A program made the translations under genes and the position numbers. A stretch of 64,000 nucleotides of DNA, taken from positions 2,688,001 to 2,752,000 of the forward strand of contig CAVYRF010000002.1 in the NCBI GenBank assembly GCA_963770895.1, given 5' to 3'. Positions 55,002 to 64,000 of the stretch are shown here, one piece after another. Position 1 is the first letter of the stretch. Every line of letters starts with the position of its first letter. The stretch comes from an uncultured Acidobacteriota bacterium (GTDB taxonomy: Bacteria > Acidobacteriota > Thermoanaerobaculia > Multivoradales > UBA5704). The notes under the pieces are model-generated. The model ran no database searches. It had not been told where the DNA came from and worked only from the letters and a program-made list of their open reading frames with translations.

Positions 55002-56368
55002 CAACCCTGCGGCGGGCACTCAAGAGTCCCTTCAAGGGTGCGTCCATCCAGGCACTCGCGGCGCTCCTCTGCGCGGGGCTGCTGCTCATCGCCGTCCAAC
55101 CGGCTCTTGCAAGCACGCATGGCGGTGGCGGCGGCGGCGGTCACGCCGGCGGGGGTCACGGGGGTGGTGCAAAGTCCTCCGCGCACCCGGTCGGCGGCGG
55201 CCACTACTACGGCCCCTATCGCGGCGGCTTCGGTGGTCGCGGCTTCGGTGGACGCGGCTTCTACGGCGGCCGCGGCTTCTACGGCTACGGTTTCGGCGGC
55301 TGGGGCTTCGGCCTCGGTCTGGGCCTTGGCCTCGGCTTCGCCTGGGACTACCCCTGGTGGGGCCCCGGCTACTACGGCTACGGCTACCCGTACTACTACA
55401 CCAGCCCCTACTACTACGGCTACCAGACTCCGGCCGCACCTCCGGCGGCTGACGACGACGGCGGGTACAACCCGGGTGGCAACGACGACGGCGGCAACGG
55501 TGGCAATGGTGGGAACGGCGCCGGCACCAATCCCGCTCCGCGTGCCATGCCGCCGGCCAGCCGCGACGGCCGCGGCGCCATGGGCGCCATCAACATCGAC
55601 CTGTCGCCCAGCGACGCCCAGGTCTATCTCAACGGCCAGTACATCGGCCGCGTCCGCGACTTCGGCGGCTGGCAGCACGGCTACCTCTGGTTGAAGGAAG
55701 GCACCTACGACATCGCCTTCTACAAGGAGGGCTTCAAGACCCTGGCCCGCCAGGTGACCATCTATCCGGGCCTCATCATCACCTGGGACGACAAGATGGA
55801 GCCCGGCCAGGCCGTGCGGCCCGAAGATCTGCCCAGCAAGTCCCACGCTCGGCGCGACGCGCGCATTCAGTTCGAGCGCGATCGCGCGGCGCAGATCGAC
55901 CAGGGCACCTACAACGCGGCCCCGCAGGGCTCGGCGACCCCGCAGACCGACGAGCCGCCCCCCTACGCCGGTGGCGACAGCTGGCGTGATCGCGTCGACC
56001 AGGACCGCGCCAACGGCTCGGCCAATCCGGCCCAGCCGCAGCGCAACACCCAGCCCGCGCCGGCGGCCGCTCCGTCGATGGTTGCCGCCGACTCGGATAC
56101 CGAACCGCCGGCCAGCGGCGCCAATGCCCGCTACGGCCACCTTCACCTGAAGGTCGACCCGGCGGACGCCTGGGTGTACCTGGACGGCCGCCTCGTCGGC
56201 ACCGGCGGTGATCTGGCCGCCGATTCCACCGGTCTGGTCATCGCCCCCGGCCACCACAAGCTCTCCGTCGCTCGCCCTGGCCGCCAGGCCAAGGTGCGCG
56301 ACTTCGACGCCGCCGTGGGCAACGACGTCAACCTGACGGTCAATCTGGCGCCGGCCCCCGCGCAGTAA
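54998..56368 (+). CDS. Secreted PEGA-domain protein with a Gly/Tyr-rich N-terminal region
   Basis: Signal peptide; GGRGF repeats; two PEGA-like domains (PSDAQVYLNG..G, PADAWVYLDG..G). Confidence 0.8.
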   Translation: MTTLRRALKSPFKGASIQALAALLCAGLLLIAVQPALASTHGGGGGGGHAGGGHGGGAKSSAHPVGGGHYYGPYRGGFGGRGFGGRGFYGGRGFYGYGFGGWGFGLGLGLGLGFAWDYPWWGPGYYGYGYPYYYTSPYYYGYQTPAAPPAADDDGGYNPGGNDDGGNGGNGGNGAGTNPAPRAMPPASRDGRGAMGAINIDLSPSDAQVYLNGQYIGRVRDFGGWQHGYLWLKEGTYDIAFYKEGFKTLARQVTIYPGLIITWDDKMEPGQAVRPEDLPSKSHARRDARIQFERDRAAQIDQGTYNAAPQGSATPQTDEPPPYAGGDSWRDRVDQDRANGSANPAQPQRNTQPAPAAAPSMVAADSDTEPPASGANARYGHLHLKVDPADAWVYLDGRLVGTGGDLAADSTGLVIAPGHHKLSVARPGRQAKVRDFDAAVGNDVNLTVNLAPAPAQ

Positions 56369-56397
56369 TCGAGCGGACGCCAGCTTCACCACCTCCG

Positions 56398-56427
56398 ACG
56401 GCGGGCTTCCAAAGCCCGCCGTTTTTG
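56398..56427 (+). terminator. Intrinsic terminator
   Basis: ACGGCGGGCTT/AAGCCCGCCGT stem followed by TTTT. Confidence 0.8.
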
Positions 56428-56475
56428 CGTTCCGACCGCCGTGCGGATAGCGATTGGCACTGCACAGAGGCCCCA

Positions 56476-56637
56476 GTGGCCTGTACCAGCAAAATCCGTA
56501 GTGCCTGGCTTGCCCTCGACGGCTGGGGCGGCGTTACGCCTCCTCGACATAGCTTCGACTATGCCTGCGTCGGCGCGCCTGGCCCCCGCCGCCGATTGGC
56601 GGCGCCATCCACTACGAATTTCACTGGTACAGGCCAC
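56476..56637. mobile_element. MITE-like or REP-like foldback element
   Basis: 28-bp terminal inverted repeats (25/28 match) enclosing nested stems, including CATAG-CTTCGA-CTATG; no ORF. Confidence 0.5.
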
Positions 56638-56640
56638 CGA

Positions 56641-56767
56641 GGCGACCCCTCTTCAGGAGTCCGCCGTTGTGTGGCTTATTTGGGGGAGGGAATTGAAAGA
56701 GGCGGGCCGCCAACGACCAATGGGCTACCGGGGCTGCGAGTTTCGCGCTACCGACCCTGCCTCTGGC
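56641..56767 (-). ncRNA. Candidate sigma54-dependent small RNA
   Basis: Downstream of TGGCAT-N5-TTGC; long 5' stem, CCCTCCCCC linker, 3' hairpin with GAAG loop. Confidence 0.42.
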
Positions 56768-56778
56768 TCGGGTTAACC

Positions 56779-56793
56779 GCAAGAGGCATGCCA
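56779..56793 (-). promoter_or_regulatory. Candidate sigma54 promoter
   Basis: Minus strand TGGCATGCCTCTTGC matches TGGCAC-N5-TTGC at 9 of 10 conserved positions. Confidence 0.55.
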
Positions 56794-56928
56794 GAAGAAT
56801 GAGGCCGCGGTGGTGGTGTAGCATCGCGGTGAATGGAGCCGCCAGGCTCGGCCCGCCTCGCGGTTCGCTGCGCGAGACCACCTCGGCCGAGACCGCGCCG
56901 GGCCGGCTCGGTACGGGAAGGACATGCC

Positions 56929-57300
56929 ATGCCGGACCAGGACGACACGTTGAGCGCCAAACGATGCAAGCCATGCGAAGGCGAAACCGCGCCGATCGAG
57001 GGCGAAGAGCTGCGGCGCCTGGCGGCGCAGGTGCCCGATTGGACGGTGACCGGCGGCGAGGGCTCCGGCGGCGGCGCCAGGCGCCTCGAACGGCAGTTCA
57101 AGTTCCCCGACTTCCGCAGCGCGCTCGCCTTCGTCAACCGCGTCGGCGAGGTCGCCGAAGAGGAAGGCCACCACCCCGATCTCGAGCTGGGCTGGGGCCG
57201 CGTCAAGGTGATCCTGTGGACGCACTCGATCGGCGGCCTGTCGGAAAACGACTTCATCCTGGCCGCCAAAGCCGACCAGGCGCTGGCTGCAGCCGGGTAA
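56929..57300 (+). CDS. phhB: Pterin-4-alpha-carbinolamine dehydratase
   Basis: CKPCEG, FKFPDF, EGHHPDL, WTHSIGGLSENDFILAAK motifs. Confidence 0.92.
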   Translation: MPDQDDTLSAKRCKPCEGETAPIEGEELRRLAAQVPDWTVTGGEGSGGGARRLERQFKFPDFRSALAFVNRVGEVAEEEGHHPDLELGWGRVKVILWTHSIGGLSENDFILAAKADQALAAAG

Positions 57301-57315
57301 GGCGCCGCCGCCGTC

Positions 57316-59469
57316 TCAGGGGACGGCGGCGTGGCTGGTTTCACCGCCGGCGGCGGGCAGGTAGCACTGGCAGACGTAGTCGATGACCATGCGATCGGCG
57401 CTGTAACGCCACCCCAGGGTGCGGATGGCGCGCTTGACGCGGGCGATCCAGCCTTGCGGGATGCCCTGGTCGTCGCGCTCGAAATAGAGTGGCACCACCT
57501 GTCGTTCCAGCACCTGGAACAGCGCTTCGGCGTCGCGGGCGTCCTGCACCTGGGGATCGCGGTGCGAGGTCGTGCCGCCGATGGCGAAGCCGTTGCCGCC
57601 GTCATAGGCTTCGGCCCACCAGCCGTCCAGGATGGAGATGTTGAGGACGCCGTTGAGGATGCACTTCTGGCCGCTGGTGCCGCAGGCTTCGAGCGGGCGC
57701 CGCGGGGTGTTGAGCCAGGCGTCCACGCCCTGCACCAGCTGCCGGCTGACGTGCATCGAGTAGTCCTCGACGAAGACGATGCGGCCGGCGAAGCGCGGGT
57801 CTTCGTCCAGCCGCGCGACGCGCTGCGCCAGCTCCTTGCCGCCGTTGTCCTGCGGGTGCGCCTTGCCGGCATAGATGATCTGCACCGGGCGGCCGGGGGC
57901 GTTCAGCAGCCGCTCCAGCCGCTCCGGGTCGCTGAGCAGCAGATCGGCCCGCTTGTAGGTGGCAAAGCGCCGGGCAAATCCGATCGTCAAGGCGGCGGGG
58001 TTGAGCGGCGGCGGCGGCGGCGCCGCGGCGTCGGGCACCTGCAGCCGCTCGCGGCGGCTGGCCCGGCGCGCGCGCACGAAGGCCAGCAGCTGCGTTTTCA
58101 GGACCTGGTGCACCTCCCACAGCTCGGCGTCGGGGATGGCGTCGATCTGGCCCCACACGTCGGCGCGCGAGATGGTTTGCAGCCAGCGATTGCCCAGGTA
58201 GTGGGCGATCAGCTCGTGCATGTCGCTAGCCATCCAGGTGCGGGCGTGCACGCCGTTGGTGATGTGGCCGATCGGCACCGCTTCCTCGGCCAGCCCCGGA
58301 TAGAGCCGCTCCCACATCCGGCGAGAGACGCGGCCGTGCAGCGCCGACACGCCGTTGGCGCGGCGGCACAGCCGCAGCGCCAGGGCGGTGGGGCCGAACG
58401 GCGCATCGCCATCGAACGGCGATTCCAGGCCCAGCGCCAGCACGTCGTGCACCGCCATGCCGAGCCCTGCCGCCAGCGGCGCCAGGTGGCGCGTCGCCAG
58501 GTCGGCGTTGAAGTGGTCGTGGCCGGCGGGAACCGGGGTGTGGGTGGTGAAGACGCTGGCCGCGCGGACTTCCCGCAGGGCATCTTCGGCGGTCATCTGC
58601 TCGCGCTCGACCAGCTGGCGCGCCCACTCCAGCAGGGCGAAGGCGGAGTGGCCCTCGTTGAGGTGCAGGACCGCGGGCTGGATGCCCAGCAGACCCAGGG
58701 CGCGGAAACCGCCCACGCCCAGCAGGATCTCCTGCTGGATGCGGGTCTCCTTGTCGCCGCCGTAGAGGCGCGAGGTCAGTTTGCGATCGGCCTCCGAGTT
58801 GGCGTCGTCGCGGGCGTCCAGCAGCAGCAGGTCGCTGCGCCCCACCTTGACGTGCCAGACGCGCAGGTAGACCTCGCGGCCGGGCAGCTCGACGGCGAAG
58901 CGCAGCTGCGTGCCGTCGGCGCCGGGCCAGGGATCGACCGGCAGCTCTTCGACCGCGATGGGCTCGTACAGGTCCTGCTGCCACCCCTGGGCGTCGATCT
59001 CCTGGTGGACGTAGCCTTCGTGATAGAGCAGGCCGACGCCGACCACCGGCACCCGCAGATCGCTCATGCTCTTGAGGTGGTCGCCGGCGAGCACTCCCAG
59101 GCCGCCCGAATAGATGGGCAGCGAGTGATGCAGGCCGAATTCGGCCGAAAAGTAGGCGACCGGACGCGCCAGGAGCGGTCCGGCGTGCACGAACCCCCAG
59201 CCGCCGGTGTCGCTGCCCAGGTCGTCGGCCAGGCGGCGATGGGCCTGGTTGATGCGGGCCTGGCTCTCCAGCTCGGACACCCGGCGGGCGATTTCGTCGG
59301 GCCCCATGCGCTGGAGCAGCGCGACGGGATTGTGATGGAGGGTGCTCCAGAGCTCGGGCGACAGCTCGTGGAAGAGGGCGCGGACCTCCGGCTGCCACGC
59401 CCAGAACAGGTTGCGCGACAGCTCCCGCAGCTTGGTAACCACGTCATTGTCGATGCCAGCGGTCATCAT
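57316..59469 (-). CDS. glgP: Alpha-glucan (glycogen) phosphorylase
   Basis: YFSAEFG, YSGGLGVLAGD, HLNEGH, RRFATYKR and EACGTSGQK motifs. Confidence 0.96.
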   Translation of the reverse strand: MMTAGIDNDVVTKLRELSRNLFWAWQPEVRALFHELSPELWSTLHHNPVALLQRMGPDEIARRVSELESQARINQAHRRLADDLGSDTGGWGFVHAGPLLARPVAYFSAEFGLHHSLPIYSGGLGVLAGDHLKSMSDLRVPVVGVGLLYHEGYVHQEIDAQGWQQDLYEPIAVEELPVDPWPGADGTQLRFAVELPGREVYLRVWHVKVGRSDLLLLDARDDANSEADRKLTSRLYGGDKETRIQQEILLGVGGFRALGLLGIQPAVLHLNEGHSAFALLEWARQLVEREQMTAEDALREVRAASVFTTHTPVPAGHDHFNADLATRHLAPLAAGLGMAVHDVLALGLESPFDGDAPFGPTALALRLCRRANGVSALHGRVSRRMWERLYPGLAEEAVPIGHITNGVHARTWMASDMHELIAHYLGNRWLQTISRADVWGQIDAIPDAELWEVHQVLKTQLLAFVRARRASRRERLQVPDAAAPPPPPLNPAALTIGFARRFATYKRADLLLSDPERLERLLNAPGRPVQIIYAGKAHPQDNGGKELAQRVARLDEDPRFAGRIVFVEDYSMHVSRQLVQGVDAWLNTPRRPLEACGTSGQKCILNGVLNISILDGWWAEAYDGGNGFAIGGTTSHRDPQVQDARDAEALFQVLERQVVPLYFERDDQGIPQGWIARVKRAIRTLGWRYSADRMVIDYVCQCYLPAAGGETSHAAVP

Positions 59470-59738
59470 GTCTCCAGCACTTCAGCAAGGCCATCTGCGG
59501 CCGTCTCGGCCGCCGGATTGTCGATCGGAGTACGGCATGCGGCGAAGAAGGGGAATCATACCGTGAAGGCCGGGGTGCAACACGCGCCTCACTCGCGAGG
59601 CACGCGTGGTGCCGTCGCGACACGGACCAAGGGCCTTGCGCTGGCCCGCCCGCCCGCGCCGAGCCGGCCTGGATCGCCAGCCGGTCGCGCTGCAAAGACC
59701 CCGCGCGCGGGGTCGATCCATGCGCGCAGGGGTATCGA

Positions 59739-61046
59739 TCAGTTGCTGGTGGGATCGGTGTGGTTGGGGGCGCAGGCGCTGTCGAAGTGGGTGGCGTCCA
59801 CCGCCGACGAGTAATACGGGACGCCGGGGGCGTTGTAGATGGCGGATACCCACGCCTGCGCGGCGGTCGCGTCGGCGGGCGGCACCGCGCCGGCGGCCGC
59901 GATCGAGGTGTTCAGGTTGAGATAGACCCATCCATACTGGTAGGGCACCGGCAGCAGCGGGCCGCCGATCTGGATGCGCTGCACCACCGCCGGCAGCGGC
60001 CCGTTGCCCACCGCTCCCGGTGAGTCGATGTCCGTCGCGGGGACAAAGGCGTGCTCCTGTTCGTCGAAGACGACGATCGATTCCTGCCCGAGCGGGAACC
60101 ACGGCGGCCGCGCGTGACGGGCGGCAGGACAGGTGAAGGGCTGTTGCGACAGCTTGGGGTCGCGCCAGACGTCCAGCTGGGTGGTGTCGCCGTTGCCGTT
60201 GAGGTAGCGCACCCCGAACGTCGTCGGCAGCGGCTCGCGGTTGTCCGCCGCGTTGAATCCGTCGCTGCCCCCGTAGAAGGTGTAGGAGCCGGAGGTGGTG
60301 ACGCGGGCGTCGGTGCTGCTCGCCTGGATGGGGACCAGCGGCAGGGTGAGCAGCGTTCCGGCGCCGGTGTTGAGCAGGAAGGCGTTGCCGAACAAGACGT
60401 TGCTGTTGCTCGCGTCGCCGGTGCCGCCGCTGCCGAAGTAGCCGGGATCGCCGGGGAACCGGGTCGAGCAGTTGTTGACCGTATCGATCGTCACGTAGCC
60501 GCGGGCGACGTTGTCGCCCAGGCTGCGGCCGGCACAGAGACCTCCCAGCAGTCTGGATGGCTGGCCGGTGAGCGATTCCTGCAGGTGAGCGGTATAGGCC
60601 GTCGGCAGCATTGGCAGCGGCAGGTAACCGTTGCAGCTGGGAAAGTTTGTATCCTGCGAATAGATACCCTTGGGGCTGATGGTGTCGGTCGGGTCCTGAC
60701 CGGTCGAGGCGGTCTGCGGCAGGTTGCCGTTGATGATGATGTCGCTCATATTGAAGGACTGCTCATCGAAGCCGGTGAGATACATATTGAAGCCGAGCAC
60801 CGGCACCGCCATGTCGGACCAGAACATGACCTTCACCAGGGTGGCGGTCGCGCTGGAGTTGGTGACCGCTACCAGCGTGATCGGGCCGCCGTTGTTGGCC
60901 AGGCCCACTTCAAAATAGGGCAACAGCAGGGTGGCGGCGGGCGCGTTCTCGATGGTGCAGATGGCAGCATGGGCGGCCGGCGCGGTCATTAGCGCCAGCG
61001 CGAGCAACGCTGGCAGGGTCCTGCGGAAAGCGCTCATCCTCTTCAT
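59739..61046 (-). CDS. Secreted protein of unknown function (AATLLLPYFEV family), copy 2
   Basis: Signal peptide, conserved Cys pairs, AGGAG SD before ATG 61046; close paralog adjacent. Confidence 0.85.
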   Translation of the reverse strand: MKRMSAFRRTLPALLALALMTAPAAHAAICTIENAPAATLLLPYFEVGLANNGGPITLVAVTNSSATATLVKVMFWSDMAVPVLGFNMYLTGFDEQSFNMSDIIINGNLPQTASTGQDPTDTISPKGIYSQDTNFPSCNGYLPLPMLPTAYTAHLQESLTGQPSRLLGGLCAGRSLGDNVARGYVTIDTVNNCSTRFPGDPGYFGSGGTGDASNSNVLFGNAFLLNTGAGTLLTLPLVPIQASSTDARVTTSGSYTFYGGSDGFNAADNREPLPTTFGVRYLNGNGDTTQLDVWRDPKLSQQPFTCPAARHARPPWFPLGQESIVVFDEQEHAFVPATDIDSPGAVGNGPLPAVVQRIQIGGPLLPVPYQYGWVYLNLNTSIAAAGAVPPADATAAQAWVSAIYNAPGVPYYSSAVDATHFDSACAPNHTDPTSN

Positions 61047-61381
61047 CGCACACACTCCTTCCGTATGGCCGCCGTGGCTGCGCGGGCAGCTGGCGGCGCG
61101 TCAGGGTGCAACGCGGATGGTCGCTCCGGAGCTGACCTCTATGTATGTGATATTAGCATTTCATGGTAAGGCTGCATAGGGGTGGTCTCCGCCGTGCCGC
61201 CCTGGGCCGGTCGTGCGGGCGACTGCCGGTGGTATCGGCGTGGGGGGGTGGCCTTCGGCGAGCTGGTAACCGCGCCGAGCCAGCGGGAGAGGATACGGCT
61301 GGAGGCGGGCCGAGCCGACCTGGAGAGGCCGGCCGGCGCCTCTCCAGGTCGCGCTTCAAAAGATGGCGCGCGAACGTTCGG

Positions 61382-62686
61382 TCAATTGCTGGTGGGGTCG
61401 GTGTGGTTGGCGCTGCAGGCGCTGTCGAAATGGGCGGCGTCGGCCGCCGACGAGTACGAGGTGGTGCCGGGGGTGTTGTAGATGGCGGAGACCCACGCTT
61501 GCGCCGCCGTTGCGTCGGCGGGCGGCACCGCGCCGGCGGCGGCGATCGAAGTGTTCAGGTTGAGATAGAGCCATCCAAAGCTGTAGGGCACCGGCAGCAG
61601 CGGGCCGCCGATCTGGATGCGCTGCACCGCGGCCGGCAGCGGTCCGCTGCCCGTCTGTTCCGGCGAGTTGATGTCGGTCGCGGGGACGAAGGCGTGTTCC
61701 TGGCTGTCGAAGGCGACGATCGATTCCTGACCGAGCGGGAACCAGGCGGGCCGCGCCTGGCGGGCGGCGGGGCAGGTGAACGGATGTTGCGACAGCTTGG
61801 GGTCGCGCCACACGTCCAGCTGGGTGGTGCTGCCGCTCAGGCTGTAGTAGCGCACGCCGAACGTCGTCGACAGCGGCGTGCGGTTGTCCGCCCCGCTGAA
61901 CCCGTCGCTGCCGCCGTAGAAGGTGTAGGAGCCGGGTGTGATGACGCGCGCGTCGGTGCTGCTGGCCTGGATATGGACCAGCGGCAGGGTGAGCATCGTT
62001 CCCGCGCCGGCGTTGAACAGGACGACGTCGCCGAACAGGACGTTGCTGTCGGTCGCGTCGCCGGTGCCGCCGGCGCCGAAATAGCCGACGTCGCCGGGGA
62101 ACCGGAGCGTGCAGTTGTTGACCGTATCCATGGTCACGTAGCCGCGGGCGACGTTGTCGCCCAGGCTGCGGCCGGCACAGAGACCTCCCAGGATTGCCGA
62201 GGGCTTGCCGGTGAGCGACGATTGCAGGTGGGTGATGTAGGTCTGCGGCAGGGCGGGTGGGGGCAGGACGCCGTTGCAGCTGGCGTAGTTGATGTCCTGC
62301 GAATAGACCCCCTTGGGGCTGATGGTGTCGTTCGGATCCTGGCCGGTCGAGGCGGTCTGCGGCAGGTTGCCGTTGTCGATGATGTCGTTGAGGCTGAATT
62401 GCTGCTGGTCGAAGCCGGTCAGGTAGAGGTTGAAGTCCAGCACCGGCACCGCCAGGTCGGACCAGAGCACGACGTGCACCAGGGTGGCGGCGGCGCTGGC
62501 GTTGTTGATCGTCACCGAGGTGGATGCACCGCCGTTGTTGGCCAGCGCCACCTCAAAATAGGGCAGCAGCAGGGTTGCGGCGGGGGCGGTTTCGATGCCG
62601 CAAATGGCGGCGTGGGCCGCCGGGGAAGCCAGCAGCGTCAGCACCAGCAACGCCGGCAGGCTCCTGGGGAAATCGCTCCTCCTCAT
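61382..62686 (-). CDS. Secreted protein of unknown function (AATLLLPYFEV family), copy 1
   Basis: Colinear with 59739..61046 over the full length. Confidence 0.85.
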   Translation of the reverse strand: MRRSDFPRSLPALLVLTLLASPAAHAAICGIETAPAATLLLPYFEVALANNGGASTSVTINNASAAATLVHVVLWSDLAVPVLDFNLYLTGFDQQQFSLNDIIDNGNLPQTASTGQDPNDTISPKGVYSQDINYASCNGVLPPPALPQTYITHLQSSLTGKPSAILGGLCAGRSLGDNVARGYVTMDTVNNCTLRFPGDVGYFGAGGTGDATDSNVLFGDVVLFNAGAGTMLTLPLVHIQASSTDARVITPGSYTFYGGSDGFSGADNRTPLSTTFGVRYYSLSGSTTQLDVWRDPKLSQHPFTCPAARQARPAWFPLGQESIVAFDSQEHAFVPATDINSPEQTGSGPLPAAVQRIQIGGPLLPVPYSFGWLYLNLNTSIAAAGAVPPADATAAQAWVSAIYNTPGTTSYSSAADAAHFDSACSANHTDPTSN

Positions 62687-62944
62687 CGCACACACTCCTT
62701 CCGGAATGGCCGCCGTGGCTGCACGCAGCGGGCGGCGCGTCAGAATGCCAACGTGGGTGGTCGCTCCGGAGCGAACCCGAACCTATGCGATAATAGCATT
62801 TCATGGTCTGGCTGCATAGAGGGCAGCACGGCGCGCGGCCGGCCCCGGCGATCCCCCGCCGGCGCCGGGTGCGGTTGGCCTGTCCGGGGAAAGGTGATAT
62901 GAAATGTCACAATTACATGCGGCTGCGGCCGAAGGAGAGCCGAC

Positions 62945-63808
<864 letters not shown>

Positions 63809-63922
63809 TCCGCCCGCGACGGCCGCGGCCCGACCCAGGAGCAACAGGTCCGGTCGCGGCCGGCGGCGCCCGCGGTCCAACGCCGGGCGTGCCGCCGGTG
63901 CGATCAGGGAGTCTGAACGCTG

Positions 63923-64000
63923 ATGGCTGAAGTTCCCGCAAAGCTGGAAGAGACGCTGGAGGTGCTGGACATGGTTGCCGACCGGTCCGAGCGCATCCAG
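63923..64000 (+). CDS. SufE family protein, N-terminus (truncated by window edge)
   Basis: MAEVPAKLEETL..L....DRSERIQ directly after rhodanese; this pairing is common. Confidence 0.65.
   Translation, partial: MAEVPAKLEETLEVLDMVADRSERIQ

Noticed and set aside
56699-56767. Cyclic-di-GMP or other riboswitch
   Set aside because: Lacks the GEMM consensus and has no downstream gene on that strand; kept only as an sRNA candidate.

Overview
A very GC-rich bacterial chromosomal window. Gene content and the expanded 'AATLLLPYFEV' secreted family suggest Acidobacteriota (Thermoanaerobaculia-like); this is an inference. Housekeeping blocks are sucC'/sucD/ndk, egtD with a betaine-type ABC importer, pcnB, sdhCAB (two apparent +1 indels), a FitA/VapC toxin-antitoxin pair, glnA, pilT-pilC-pilS-pilR, addB/addA, glgP and rhodanese/sufE. 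Two accessory loci stand out, each with a ~50-aa RiPP-precursor-like peptide absent from the ORF track, and the two peptides share a leader pattern (KK..LxLNxEx L..L ... [A/G]G). Locus 1 (19.8-21.3 kb): a LanC-fold protein that has lost all three zinc ligands, followed by a cysteine-free precursor. Locus 2 (30.4-43.5 kb): a translationally coupled five-gene exporter operon mixing ABC and RND parts (ATPase; ABC-2 permease fused to an HEXXH-less M1-like domain; ABC-2 permease fused to a membrane fusion protein; RND-like subunit; RND-like subunit fused to an ABC ATPase). Both RND-like subunits appear to lack the proton-relay aspartates, and the operon ends in a Cys/Ser/Thr-rich lanthipeptide-like precursor. 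Also seen: two candidate sigma54-driven small RNAs with C-rich anti-SD-like linkers, a divergent delta-class carbonic anhydrase, a MITE-like inverted-repeat element, and VapC and transketolase remnants. No rRNA, tRNA or CRISPR array was found. All calls rest on motif recognition by eye; no searches were run.
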